Assembly: GCA_963782525.1 (NCBI GenBank)
Contig: CAWAKC010000004.1
Location: 64,001-128,000, forward strand
Length of the DNA stretch: 64,000 nucleotides
Direction of reading: 5' to 3'
From: Candidatus Bathyarchaeota archaeon
GTDB taxonomy: Archaea; Thermoproteota; Bathyarchaeia; Bathyarchaeales; Bathycorpusculaceae
Shown: positions 38,230 through 48,474 of the stretch, piece by piece
How the letters are laid out: every line of letters starts with the position of its first letter
How positions within the stretch are numbered: position 1 is the stretch's first letter
Program-made: the position numbers and the translations under genes
Notes under the pieces: model-generated
The model's database searches: none
Seen by the model: only the letters and a program-made list of their open reading frames with translations
Told to the model about the DNA's origin: nothing

Positions 38230-41121
38230 ATGCAAGCCAAAGCCGCTGGTTCTGTTTTCGAGTTACTCGTTAAACCTGTCCGCAAAGCCTTGGCGAACCT
38301 TGGATTCACAGAACCCACATTGCCTCAGACTTTGGCTTTTCCGCAGATTTTGGATGGCAAGAATGTGCTTTTGATTGCACCAACGGGCACAGGCAAAACC
38401 GAAGCTGTTCTGCTTCCAATCTTCTCAAAGTTGGTTGAACAGAAAAATCAGGAGCAGAAGGGCATCCAAGTTATCTACATCACGCCGCTCCGCGCATTGA
38501 ATCGTGACATGTTTAAGCGGTTAACATTTTGGGGCGAACAACTCAACATAACGATTGAGGTTCGCCATGGCGATACCGAAATGAAGATTCGCCGAAAACA
38601 AGCCCTCAAACCACCCCAAATCCTTGTCACCACACCCGAGACGATGCAGGCGATTTTGCCAGGCTCAACGATGCGTCGCCACCTCAGCAGCGTACAATAT
38701 GTAATCATTGATGAGGTGCATGATTTAGCGGAGAGCAAACGGGGGGCACAATTGACCATTGCGCTTGAGCGGTTGGTGGAGGCAACGGGGAAAGAGTTTC
38801 AAAGAATCGGTTTATCAGCCACCGTAGGCAACCCCGACGAAGTTGCACGTTTCATTGCTGGAATCAACCGAGGCATCACCATAGTACAAGCAGTCCTCAC
38901 CAAGAACTACCGCTATCGAGTCGAATACACCACGCCCACCGAAAAGGACTATGAATTAGCCGCTAAACTCGAAACTGCGCCTGAAGCAGCCGCCCGAATC
39001 CGCCGACTACTCGAATTAATCGACACCCACAAATCCACCTTGGTCTTCGTGAACAGCCGCACCATCGCCGAGTTGCTTGGACACCGCTTCGACCAACTTA
39101 ACCGAATAGACATCGCCGTCCACCATGGCTCCTTGTCCCGAGAAGAGCGAACAATCACTGAGGACGCATTCAAAACGGGGCAACTCAAAGCAATCATCTG
39201 CACAAGCACCTTGGAGCTAGGCATAGACATCGGAAAAGTGGATTTGGTTATCCAGTATATGTCGCCAAGGCAGGTCAGCAGCCTCATCCAGCGGGTTGGG
39301 AGAAGCGGCCACAGTTTAGAGCGGCTCTCGGAGGGCGTCATAATAACCGCTTTTCCAGACGACACCTTAGAATCTATGGCGGCAGTTGCAAACGCCAAAG
39401 CCAACAAGATAGAGCCTGTAATCTTCCACAAGAACGCTTTGGATGTGTTGGCACATCAAATCGCCGGTATCCTGATGGATAAAGAAACCATAACCCAAAG
39501 CGACCTATTCAATTTTATTAAGAGAGCTTATCCGTACAGCACCTTAACCCAAGAACAACTGGAGGATGTGGTGCAGTTTTTGGAAAGCCTCCACAAACTA
39601 AGAACAGAACTGGAAGGAAAAATTTTGAAGAAAACTGGGCGAACACGCGAATACTACTATAGCAACCTCAGTATGATTCCTGACGAAAAACGTTACCCCG
39701 TAATAAGCGTGATTAGCGACCGAAAAATCGGCACTTTAGGCGACGAATTCATGACACTGCACGCTCGGGTGGGGTTGCATTTTGTTATGCGCGGCAAGGT
39801 CTGGCGTATCGTCCAGATTCAAGACGAGACGGGGACGGTCCATGTTTTGCCTGCGGAAGACCCTTTTGCGGCTATTCCGGGGTGGGATGGAGAAATCCTC
39901 CCTGTGCCATTCGATTTAGCCCAACAAACAGGCGTCATGAGGGAAAAAGTAGGTAAACTCATCAGAGAGGGCAAGAAACCTGAGGCGGCGGCAGAAGAAT
40001 TAGCTCTAGAACTGAAAACGGACAAGGAAACGCTCGTTGACACCGTCTTGGAGATTGCTGAACACATAAAAGACGGAGCCCCATTGCCCACGCAGAACCT
40101 CATAGTCATAGAAGTTTTAGACCGCTACATCGTTGTCCACGCTTGCTTTGGCGAACTCGTTAATCGCACTTTCGGCGGGATTTTCGATTCAGTTCTCTCC
40201 GAGCGGGAAGTGATTACGGGTTGGTGGACGGATGGGTATCGCATCCTAATCGAAACCAGCCACAAACCATCCAAGCAAGAGGTGCAGGGCATGCAGAATG
40301 AGCTCTTTGGCTTATCGGATGAGCGTGTGGATGAGGCTTTCTTAAACTACATGAACAGCAAATTCCCGTTTGTTAGCCGAATGAAAGCGGTCGCCGAACG
40401 TTTTGGAGCTTTGCCCAGAGGAAAAACTTTGGCGCACTCCGACCGAGCTGAAAAACTGCAAGCATCCTTCAAAGACACGCCAATCTATGATGAGACCATT
40501 CGGGAAGCTATGATGGATAAAGTGGACCTGCCGCAGGTAAAACAGATTTTGCATGACATAAGAGATGGAAAAATCGCTGTCACCACAATCTCCCGGGAAA
40601 AGCCGACGCCTTTTGCGTACCATATTTTGATGCAGTACGCTGACACCGTCGAGCTCATGGCGCCCGAACGCCTGCTCCTAACCAACATCGACCGCATGAA
40701 ACGCTCCATCGACGCCCGAGTAGCCAAACTGCTCTGCATGAACTGTGGCGCATGGACCAAACAAATCCGCATAAAAGACCTCGCCGGGGAGCCTGAATGC
40801 GAAAACTGCCACAGCCGCCTTCTCACACTGCTCTACTTCAGCCAGGACGCAGATAAGCTGGTTGAGGATTTGCGGAAACGCCGTGAAGGCAAAGAACTCA
40901 CCCCAGACGAACTGAAAGACCTCAGCAACGCCAGACGAAAAGCCGACCTCATCCTAAGCTACGGCAAACAGGCGGTGCGGGCGTTGCAGGTGAAAGGGGT
41001 TGGTCCCGAGACGGCATCGCGAATTTTGGGGCGAATGCATCCCGACGAAGACGCCTTCTACATAGACCTGCTTAAGGCGAAGGTGCAGTATCTGCGGACG
41101 AGAGAATTCTGGGACAAATAA
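38230..41121 (+). CDS. lhr: Lhr-like DEAD/H helicase with C-terminal Zn finger and HhH
   Basis: APTGTGKT, TTPET, DEVH, SAT, HHGSLS, QRVGRSGH; CMNC...CENC; GVGPETA. Confidence 0.9.
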   Translation: MQAKAAGSVFELLVKPVRKALANLGFTEPTLPQTLAFPQILDGKNVLLIAPTGTGKTEAVLLPIFSKLVEQKNQEQKGIQVIYITPLRALNRDMFKRLTFWGEQLNITIEVRHGDTEMKIRRKQALKPPQILVTTPETMQAILPGSTMRRHLSSVQYVIIDEVHDLAESKRGAQLTIALERLVEATGKEFQRIGLSATVGNPDEVARFIAGINRGITIVQAVLTKNYRYRVEYTTPTEKDYELAAKLETAPEAAARIRRLLELIDTHKSTLVFVNSRTIAELLGHRFDQLNRIDIAVHHGSLSREERTITEDAFKTGQLKAIICTSTLELGIDIGKVDLVIQYMSPRQVSSLIQRVGRSGHSLERLSEGVIITAFPDDTLESMAAVANAKANKIEPVIFHKNALDVLAHQIAGILMDKETITQSDLFNFIKRAYPYSTLTQEQLEDVVQFLESLHKLRTELEGKILKKTGRTREYYYSNLSMIPDEKRYPVISVISDRKIGTLGDEFMTLHARVGLHFVMRGKVWRIVQIQDETGTVHVLPAEDPFAAIPGWDGEILPVPFDLAQQTGVMREKVGKLIREGKKPEAAAEELALELKTDKETLVDTVLEIAEHIKDGAPLPTQNLIVIEVLDRYIVVHACFGELVNRTFGGIFDSVLSEREVITGWWTDGYRILIETSHKPSKQEVQGMQNELFGLSDERVDEAFLNYMNSKFPFVSRMKAVAERFGALPRGKTLAHSDRAEKLQASFKDTPIYDETIREAMMDKVDLPQVKQILHDIRDGKIAVTTISREKPTPFAYHILMQYADTVELMAPERLLLTNIDRMKRSIDARVAKLLCMNCGAWTKQIRIKDLAGEPECENCHSRLLTLLYFSQDADKLVEDLRKRREGKELTPDELKDLSNARRKADLILSYGKQAVRALQVKGVGPETASRILGRMHPDEDAFYIDLLKAKVQYLRTREFWDK

Positions 41122-41418
41122 GTCTTTTTTTAATTTTATAAGGTCAGGGTGCCTTTCTTTAATTTCTTCATCCAGCAAATTCTTAATGTTTACCCTTTTC
41201 TTTAATTTCAGAGTAGTTGTTACGAAGTATTCGTTATAACTGCCGTTTGCAGAATTTTTTCCGTTATTTTTAGACATAAGATGTCTAATAACCCATGTTT
41301 TTTATATTATTAAATTTTTTCCACGAGGTAAGTCTAAAAAAATTTGGGATAAACACCACTAAATGCTTTGCAAGGTTTTAATAGGTAAGTCACTTGAGTT
41401 TGGCTTAGCTGTGGTCTT

Positions 41419-42702
41419 GTGGAAAAACAGGAACCCCGAAAACTGAAACGTTCAATTGGTTTGTGGAGTGCAGTCGCCGTCAACGTTGGTGCAATCATAG
41501 GCGGCGGAATCTTCGTTGTCACGGGCATCGTTGCAGGTTACGCAGGCTCAGCGCTCGTCATATCCATGGTCATCGCGGGTGCCATCGCCTTTATCACAGC
41601 TTGGAGCTTCGCAAAATTAACCGCTTGGCAACCCGTTGAAGGAGGCGTATATGAGTATGGACGCCAGTTGGTTTCGCCGTACGCTGGGTTTTTGGCTGGT
41701 TGGATGTGGCTGGTCGCCAACACTTTTACTGGAGCGGCTGTTTCGCTTGGGTTCGCCTATTATTTGACAGTGACTTTCCCCGAGTTGTCCACAAATTGGG
41801 TAGCATCCTCTTTATGCTTAGCATTCACTGCTTTGAACCTGGTTGGCGCAAAAGAATCAACAAGAGTGAACAACGTGTTAGTCGCCATCAAGCTAGTTGT
41901 GCTGGCTTTTTTCGTTGCATTCGGAGTTTTGCATATTAATTCGGGTAATTTTAGTCCGTTTGTGCCCCTTTCAAGTGGCGTGCTCTATGGCGCATTCTTC
42001 ATCTTCTTTGCTTACGGCGGTTTTGCAAGAGTATCAGTGATAGCGGAAGAAGTTAAAGATGCTAAACGTAACGTGCCCCGTGCATTGTTGTTGTCTTTGG
42101 GGATTTCGATGTTGGTTTATGTTTTGGTTGGGTTGGTTGCGGTTGGGTTGCTGGGTCCAGTTGGTCTTGCAAGATCCGTTTCGCCTTTGAGTTCAGCTAT
42201 CGGCGTAACAGGAAGCTCACTTGCCATCCAGATTGTAGCTTTAGGAGGCTTGGTGGCTACGGCAAGCGTTTTGCTTACTGCGATTCTGGGCGTTTCTCGC
42301 ATGGCATATTCGATGGCTAGACGTAATGATTTGCCATCTGCTTTGGCGCGTTTGCATAGTAGGTTTTTGACGCCATATTACTCAATTTTAGCCAGTGGCA
42401 TATTGATGGCGGTTTTGGTTTTGTTTGTGGATTTGACAAGGGTGGTGGCGATTAGCACGTTCGCTCTTCTTTTCAATTACTCCATCACCAACGTTGCAGC
42501 TTACAAACTGAAAAATGGCGGCAAGCACTCAAGCAAAGTATGGCCGTTATTAGGGTTGGCAACTTGTATTTTGCTTTTGACGTTTATCCTTTTGGCGTCA
42601 ACGGATGCGTGGTTAGTGGGGGTTGTTTTTTTGGTTGCTGGTTCAGTTTACTATGCCGCTCGGAAAAAGATGAACCTGAAACATGAAAAAATGTCGCTTT
42701 AG
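41419..42702 (+). CDS. APC-family amino acid permease
   Basis: GAIIGGGIF, GGVYEY, FFAYGGF, EEVKDAKRNVP. Confidence 0.92.
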   Translation: MEKQEPRKLKRSIGLWSAVAVNVGAIIGGGIFVVTGIVAGYAGSALVISMVIAGAIAFITAWSFAKLTAWQPVEGGVYEYGRQLVSPYAGFLAGWMWLVANTFTGAAVSLGFAYYLTVTFPELSTNWVASSLCLAFTALNLVGAKESTRVNNVLVAIKLVVLAFFVAFGVLHINSGNFSPFVPLSSGVLYGAFFIFFAYGGFARVSVIAEEVKDAKRNVPRALLLSLGISMLVYVLVGLVAVGLLGPVGLARSVSPLSSAIGVTGSSLAIQIVALGGLVATASVLLTAILGVSRMAYSMARRNDLPSALARLHSRFLTPYYSILASGILMAVLVLFVDLTRVVAISTFALLFNYSITNVAAYKLKNGGKHSSKVWPLLGLATCILLLTFILLASTDAWLVGVVFLVAGSVYYAARKKMNLKHEKMSL

Positions 42703-42752
42703 ATTGCGATAAGAATTTTAAGGTTCAATTGGGCTTAAAGATAGGAAAGCCG

Positions 42753-43472
42753 ATGCCGGTAAAAGCTGTGTTATTCGACATGTTCGATACCCTCATGCTC
42801 ATTGAGAAGAATCATGAGTTCTATAGTCCAGCTTTGATGCGGATGTATCGATATCTCAACCAACACGGCATCGACGTATCCTTCGATAAATTCGACGCTG
42901 CCTACATCATCGCGCGTGATTCACTCTATGCTAAGGCGGATTTGAATTTTGAGGAACCCCACTTCAACGTCCGCGTCTCAAAGGCGCTGAAAAGTTTAGG
43001 TTTCAACTACGGTATTTCAAATCCCTTAGTGGTGGCGGCGACGAATGAATTTTGTGAGGAATTCATGAAGTACGTTCGCATCGATGAACACGCCAAAAAG
43101 GTGATTGAGGGGTTGCATGAAAAATATAAGTTGGGCATAATATCCAACTTTGCCATACCTGAATGCGTCTTAAAACTCCTCAAAGCTGATGGTTTATACG
43201 AGTTGTTTGACGTGATTGTGGTTTCTGCTGCAGTTAATAAGCGTAAACCTAGCCCAGAAATCTTCCAAAATGCTCTAAAAGAGTTGGGTGTCTCTGTTTC
43301 TGAAGCCATTTTTGTCGGCGACACCGTTGACGCCGACGTTGAGGGACCAAAAGCAGTGGGCATGAAAGTTATCTACATTGAGCGTCGAAGCCAGAAGCCC
43401 TCAGAGAAGTTTTCGCCCGATCACACGATCAAGAACCTAAATGAATTGCCCCTGCTGCTTGAACGCTATTAA
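42753..43472 (+). CDS. HAD-superfamily hydrolase
   Basis: FDMFDTL, ISN, KPSPEIF, VGDTVDADV. Confidence 0.9.
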   Translation: MPVKAVLFDMFDTLMLIEKNHEFYSPALMRMYRYLNQHGIDVSFDKFDAAYIIARDSLYAKADLNFEEPHFNVRVSKALKSLGFNYGISNPLVVAATNEFCEEFMKYVRIDEHAKKVIEGLHEKYKLGIISNFAIPECVLKLLKADGLYELFDVIVVSAAVNKRKPSPEIFQNALKELGVSVSEAIFVGDTVDADVEGPKAVGMKVIYIERRSQKPSEKFSPDHTIKNLNELPLLLERY

Positions 43473-43481
43473 AGTTCTGAA

Positions 43482-43664
43482 TCAGGTTTCTCTAATGATT
43501 CTACTGGGATTTTTATTTTCATAGGTCTTTTTTGTTTTTAGCAGGCGAATTAGTTCATTATGTTTATTCAGAAAATTTATTCCTTGGATAGTGATTTTGC
43601 AAATTTCTTTTCCTTCGACGACGATAGGACAAATACACGACAGTTCGGCAAAATTTTCTTTTTC
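43482..43664 (-). pseudogene. Possible remnant of an archaeal wHTH regulator (C-terminal wing)
   Basis: A frame without a canonical start reads GKEICKITIQGINFLNKHNELIRLL, resembling the YxITxKGxxFLxxxxEL wing of COG3432-type regulators. Confidence 0.35.
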
Positions 43665-43754
43665 TTAGGCATTAGTTGTATAGGAGGGTATGGGCGGTTA
43701 GTTCCGATACAGAAACCCTTTTTTGCGCCAGCGAGAAACTGCACCTGTGAAAGT

Positions 43755-44252
43755 ATGTTAATCGGTGCAATCTCAGATACCCACGACAACCTGCCGCTTA
43801 TTGAAAAAGCTGTGCAGATCCTAAACCAGCAAAAAGTAGGCTTGGTACTCCATGCAGGCGACTATGTTGCAGGCTTCGTTGTTCCAAAACTCGCAAAACT
43901 AAACTGCCCGCTCATCGGCGTGTTCGGCAACAACGACGGCGATCACGAACTCATCAAAAAACGCTTCAGCGAAACTATCAACTGCACCATCCACGACCGT
44001 TTCACCCAAACAACCATAGAAGGCTACCGAATTGCACTGCTCCACGGACACGAAACCGAACTCCTCAACGTTATAATCGACAGTGGATCTTTCGACACCG
44101 TAATTCACGGGCATTCCCACAACTGGCTCATAGAGCAGAAAGGCAAAACTCTTAGTTTGAACCCTGGGGAACTCTGCGGGTACTTAACTGGAAAACCCAC
44201 ACTCGCAATCCTAGATACGGTAACAAGGCAAGCAAAAATCATCGATTTGTAG
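43755..44252 (+). CDS. Metallophosphoesterase, MJ0936/YfcE family
   Basis: SDTHDN, HAGD, GNND, HG, GHSH, NPG. Start placed at the ATG at 43755. Confidence 0.9.
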   Translation: MLIGAISDTHDNLPLIEKAVQILNQQKVGLVLHAGDYVAGFVVPKLAKLNCPLIGVFGNNDGDHELIKKRFSETINCTIHDRFTQTTIEGYRIALLHGHETELLNVIIDSGSFDTVIHGHSHNWLIEQKGKTLSLNPGELCGYLTGKPTLAILDTVTRQAKIIDL

Positions 44253-44470
44253 TCGCCGCAGTAATGCTATTTATAGCAAAAACCGTTCTTCTTCACAGGT
44301 TAATGGTCCTTTATCCATCGAATAGTGATATCGCTTCATTAATTTGTAAATTTGCATAGTAAACCTTGATTTTCCTTTATTGCATTTTGCATTTTTTGAG
44401 GCGATTACCTATAAATCAAGTTAGCCGCTTGTGTCTCTTCGCATACTGTCAGCAACCAGGGGATTGAGAA

Positions 44471-45235
44471 ATGTTTAACCAAAACACAAACAACGAACCG
44501 CCAACCTTCATAAAAGCAGCAACCAAACTCAAGAACGCTGTAGCATACGAAAGCACAGGCAAATATGAGAGCGCCTTACTGTCAATTGAAGAAGCACTCG
44601 CAATCCAACCTGACTTCGTTGACGCTTGGCTCATAAAAGGCGTAATCCAAGGCAAAATAGGAAAATACAGCGAGGCACTCAAATGCTATGACAAAATAAT
44701 CCAAATCGCCCCCCAATTCGCAGATGCTTATCGCCTAAAGGCAGCCACGTACATTGCGATGAATCAGCATGAAAAAGCCGTCAAATGCTTTCAAAAAGCA
44801 GTAGAGTTAAACCCAAACAACTTGGAGTACCAGCTGAGTTTAGCAATAGCGTTTCAAAGGCTCAAAAAATTCGAAGACGCTCTAAGAGTCTACGAAGCCG
44901 CAAAAATGCAGCGGCCAACTGACGCCCGAATAGACTACTACATCGGCTTGATGTGGGGCAACATGGCAGATAACCAGAAAGCGCTTGCATCTTTTGAGCA
45001 GGCATTGCGGCTAAAACCAGAGTTCACCGATGCCCTCCTAGGAAAAGGAATAATGTTGGCAAGGCTGAATCGAAAGGAAGAAGCCAAAGAAATCGCCGAT
45101 AAAATCCTACAAACTAAAAGCTGCAACGAAAAACAAGAAGCAGCAAAAGCCCAATCTGAAAACGAATCCATACGTCATGATTTTAAAGCTGCCCAAAACA
45201 GATTCAGAAACAAATACGCTTCAAATACAGGCTAA
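44471..45235 (+). CDS. TPR repeat protein
   Basis: About 6 tandem 34-aa TPR-like repeats. Confidence 0.88.
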   Translation: MFNQNTNNEPPTFIKAATKLKNAVAYESTGKYESALLSIEEALAIQPDFVDAWLIKGVIQGKIGKYSEALKCYDKIIQIAPQFADAYRLKAATYIAMNQHEKAVKCFQKAVELNPNNLEYQLSLAIAFQRLKKFEDALRVYEAAKMQRPTDARIDYYIGLMWGNMADNQKALASFEQALRLKPEFTDALLGKGIMLARLNRKEEAKEIADKILQTKSCNEKQEAAKAQSENESIRHDFKAAQNRFRNKYASNTG

Positions 45236-45253
45236 CTTGACCCGGAACTTGGT

Positions 45254-46195
45254 TTATTGAGTACTTTTGTTGTAGGGTTCCCTTAACTTGTTTGCTTTAA
45301 CGAAGAGTTGCTTTAGTTCCTCCTCAGTGGCGCCTCGACGGATAGGCGTAAGGATGTCGGTTAGGTTGTCGTTGCGCATTAGGCAGGTTTTGAGTTTGCC
45401 GTCGCTTGTGATGCGCATGCGAGTGCAGTGCATGCAGAAGTCGGTGTTTTCTATGGGCTTGACGACTTCGAGCGTTGCGTTTGGAAGATGGTAGATTACG
45501 CGGTTGTGCATGAAGGGGCGTTTTTCGATGGAGATAGCTTGTGCTTTGAGCATTGCTTCTTGTTCGTCTAGGCTGCGGTGGTGTTCGCTATAGTATTTGT
45601 CGCCTACGTTTACTGGGTCAAGCTCGATTAGCTGCAGCACAATCCCCATTTTTCCGGCGTAATCGATTAATTCGGGGACGTCACCGACGTTGACGTCTTT
45701 TAGAACTACCGTGTTAAGTTTAACGGGGCAGAAGTCTGCTGCTATGGCTGCTTTGATGCCTTCCAGGGCTGCTTCCAGTTTTCCGCCCGTCAAATTGTGA
45801 TAGGTTTCAGGGTTAAGTGAAGGCAAACTAATGTTTACACGCTTAAGTCCGCAGTCGCGTAGTTTCTTTGCCATGCCATCGACGAGTAAAAGTCCGTTTG
45901 TTGTTAACGATAAATCTCGTAAGCCAGGAATAGCTGCGATGCCGGAAACGATTTCAGGCAGGTCTTTACGCATAAGTGGCTCTCCCCCAGTCAACTTTAT
46001 ACGCGCGATCCCCAAATCCACAGCGACTTTAGCCATGCGAACAATTTCTTCCACAGACATCAATTCGGCTGAGCGGTTGGCGCGCTGCACTTCACCTTCA
46101 CGGTGACAGTATGCGCATCGGTTATTGCACCGCTGGGTAATTGAAATTCGAAGATTAAGGAGGGGTCTGCCGCAATTGTCTGTTAAATAACTCAT
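45254..46195 (-). CDS. moaA: GTP 3',8-cyclase MoaA
   Basis: LRISITQRCNNRCAYCHREG, TGGEPL, FCMHCTRMRITSDGKLKTCL. Confidence 0.95.
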   Translation of the reverse strand: MSYLTDNCGRPLLNLRISITQRCNNRCAYCHREGEVQRANRSAELMSVEEIVRMAKVAVDLGIARIKLTGGEPLMRKDLPEIVSGIAAIPGLRDLSLTTNGLLLVDGMAKKLRDCGLKRVNISLPSLNPETYHNLTGGKLEAALEGIKAAIAADFCPVKLNTVVLKDVNVGDVPELIDYAGKMGIVLQLIELDPVNVGDKYYSEHHRSLDEQEAMLKAQAISIEKRPFMHNRVIYHLPNATLEVVKPIENTDFCMHCTRMRITSDGKLKTCLMRNDNLTDILTPIRRGATEEELKQLFVKANKLREPYNKSTQ

Positions 46196-46731
46196 CGTTG
46201 TTCACGTGCGTGCTTAACGATGTGAGGAGCCTCGGGCAAAATAAGTAGTTCCACCGCGGTTTTCACAGCATCAGGCGAACCAGGGATACAAAAGATAGCC
46301 TTACCCTTCACTACACCAGCTATGGCACGCGACAAGACCGCCGCTGAACCCACTTTGTCGTAGCTTATTCGTCGAAAAAACTCGCCGAACCCAGGTAAAA
46401 CCTTCTCGAGGAAAGGCAAGACTGTTTCAATCGTGATGTCGGTAGGTGTGATGCCCGTGCCACCAGAAAAAATTGCGACATCCACTTCATCCAAACCAGT
46501 CGCGTACATAACGGCATCCTGAATCATGGTTTCGTCGTCGGCAACGATTTTTTTGAAAAGAACCTTCTGCCCAGCGTTCTTGAGCAGTTCCACAATTGTG
46601 TCGCCACTGACGTCGCTGACGTCTTTTTCGCCCGCTTCAATCTGTTTGTAGCGTGAGGTACTGCAGATAAAGACGCCGAACGTTAACGTTTTGGGGGCTT
46701 TTGCTTTATGTGATTTGGAGCTTTCACTCAT
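46192..46731 (-). CDS. moaB: Molybdopterin adenylyltransferase MoaB/MogA
   Basis: SGGTGITPTDITIE, PGFGE, LSRA, PGSP. Confidence 0.92.
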   Translation of the reverse strand: MSESSKSHKAKAPKTLTFGVFICSTSRYKQIEAGEKDVSDVSGDTIVELLKNAGQKVLFKKIVADDETMIQDAVMYATGLDEVDVAIFSGGTGITPTDITIETVLPFLEKVLPGFGEFFRRISYDKVGSAAVLSRAIAGVVKGKAIFCIPGSPDAVKTAVELLILPEAPHIVKHAREQR

Positions 46732-46733
46732 AG

Positions 46734-47171
46734 TTATGCCTGCTTAAACTTTTTAACAACATGAATATTCTCTATCGCCGTCGAAGGGTACTGGCCTGCG
46801 GCGTCTTTTTCGTATTGTTTAGTCATGTCCCAAACTGTAAGTAGCGCTATGGAGACTGCAGTTAATGCTTCCATTTCCACGCCCGTTTGCGCCTTGGTTT
46901 TCACGGTTGCAGTGGCGGACACGGATTTTTTTTCGGAGACTTTCACGTCTACTTCCACGTTCGTCAAAGGTAAGGGATGGCAAAGAGGAATCAAATCGCT
47001 TGTTCTTTTAGCAGCCAACACGCCTGCAATCTTGGCGGTGTAGAGGGGGTCGCCTTTAGCGATTTTTCCATTCTGGATCAAATCGATTGTCTGCGGTTTC
47101 AACTTTATCATTCCAGTAGCGGTTGCTTCTCTGAAAGTCTCTGCTTTACTTGAAACATCTACCATTGCCAT
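46734..47171 (-). CDS. moaC: Cyclic pyranopterin monophosphate synthase MoaC
   Basis: MVDVSSK, LIPLCHP, TGVEMEAL. Confidence 0.95.
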   Translation of the reverse strand: MAMVDVSSKAETFREATATGMIKLKPQTIDLIQNGKIAKGDPLYTAKIAGVLAAKRTSDLIPLCHPLPLTNVEVDVKVSEKKSVSATATVKTKAQTGVEMEALTAVSIALLTVWDMTKQYEKDAAGQYPSTAIENIHVVKKFKQA

Positions 47172-47337
47172 TTTAATCGTCTCATTAGCGTTCTTGGGTA
47201 TAGTTAGTTTTTCTTGCTTTTATTCATTAAGCAAACTCGAAAACCCTCGAAACTGAGAATCTTGGAGAAATTTAAAAAAATTAAGAAAGAGTAAACTATG
47301 TTTGGGGATAAAGAAAAGAGGCTGGGGTAGCGATGTT

Positions 47338-47562
47338 TTAGTATGGGTCTTTCTTGCCGGTCATGTATGCCCATGCGCCAACGATTGCTACTGTTAGGAC
47401 TGCGCCTGCAGCTCCTGCAACCATGAAGCTTGTTAAGCCGGCGAGCGATGGCAGAACTGCGATCAGCCAAGGAATAAGGTATGTGGCTGTGACCTGAGCG
47501 ATGATGCCTGCTACGAAGCCTAAAACCGCTATTAAACCGAATATTTTTAATCTGCTATTCAT
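47338..47562 (-). CDS. Small two-TM membrane protein
   Basis: AGGTGA SD upstream; two hydrophobic helices; divergent from the cdv cluster. Confidence 0.72.
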   Translation of the reverse strand: MNSRLKIFGLIAVLGFVAGIIAQVTATYLIPWLIAVLPSLAGLTSFMVAGAAGAVLTVAIVGAWAYMTGKKDPY

Positions 47563-47791
47563 TCAATTCACCTTTTTATTTTAGCAGTTAGTTGGCGCTT
47601 CTTTTTAGTCTAACTTACACGTTTCTGTATAAACACCCAAGCGTTGGTATCCTGTTTAACATTTCTAGTTAACGCAAAAAGCGTATTTTCCCATGATGTA
47701 TAGCTGTACATATATACGAGCATATTTCCAACATATTAACAATGTATAATTCATTTTTCTACATTCTACGGTCTAACAGAGGTAATACTAA

Positions 47792-48451
47792 ATGTCAGAA
47801 AGATTCGCTAAAAAGTGGGAAAGTAAACGGGAAGATGAGCCCTTCACAAACCGCATTAAAGACGCAGTGAAACCCCCAGGACCACTAAAACCACGACTCG
47901 ACTTTGCAGTCAGACGCATCGAACTTCAAGTACAAAAACTTGACCAAGCAACAGACAGATTCAGCCAAAGAGACAAAGCAATCTTCGCAAGAATCGTCGA
48001 CGCATACACAAAACATGACAGTGCACGCGCAAACGTTTTCGCCAACGAGCTAGCTGAAGTCAGGAAAATGTCAAAGTTAATAATGAACGCTAAACTTGCT
48101 CTCGAACAAATCACATTAAGATTACGAACAGTTTCCGAACTAGGCGACGTTGTATCAACTCTCGGGCCAGCCGTGGGTGTTCTACGTTCAGTCAAAGCAG
48201 GCTTAGTCAGCGTATTTCCAGAAGCAGAAAGTGAATTAGGCGAGATCGGCAACATGCTAAGCGGAATCATGATTGAAGCGGGCCAAGGCAGCGGAATGAC
48301 GTTGAACTTCGACACAGTAAACGAAGATGCATCAAAGATTCTAACCGAAGCAGCCACAGTTGCAGAGCAGAAGATAAAAGACAAGTTCCCAGATCTGCCA
48401 CCAGGAATGCCATCATCCCAAGTTACTCAAGCAGAAAAAACGACATTCTAA
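47792..48451 (+). CDS. cdvB: ESCRT-III/Snf7 protein (CdvB paralog without a wHTH tail)
   Basis: ANELAEVRK...LEQITLRLRTVSELGD core; KFPDLPP tail. Confidence 0.88.
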   Translation: MSERFAKKWESKREDEPFTNRIKDAVKPPGPLKPRLDFAVRRIELQVQKLDQATDRFSQRDKAIFARIVDAYTKHDSARANVFANELAEVRKMSKLIMNAKLALEQITLRLRTVSELGDVVSTLGPAVGVLRSVKAGLVSVFPEAESELGEIGNMLSGIMIEAGQGSGMTLNFDTVNEDASKILTEAATVAEQKIKDKFPDLPPGMPSSQVTQAEKTTF

Positions 48452-48474
48452 GATAAGGAGGATAAAACACAAAA

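Noticed and set aside
43755-44252. Vps29/retromer-like eukaryotic signature near the ESCRT cluster
   Set aside because: It has the full catalytic motifs of the widespread MJ0936/YfcE phosphoesterases and is separated from cdv by the moa genes.
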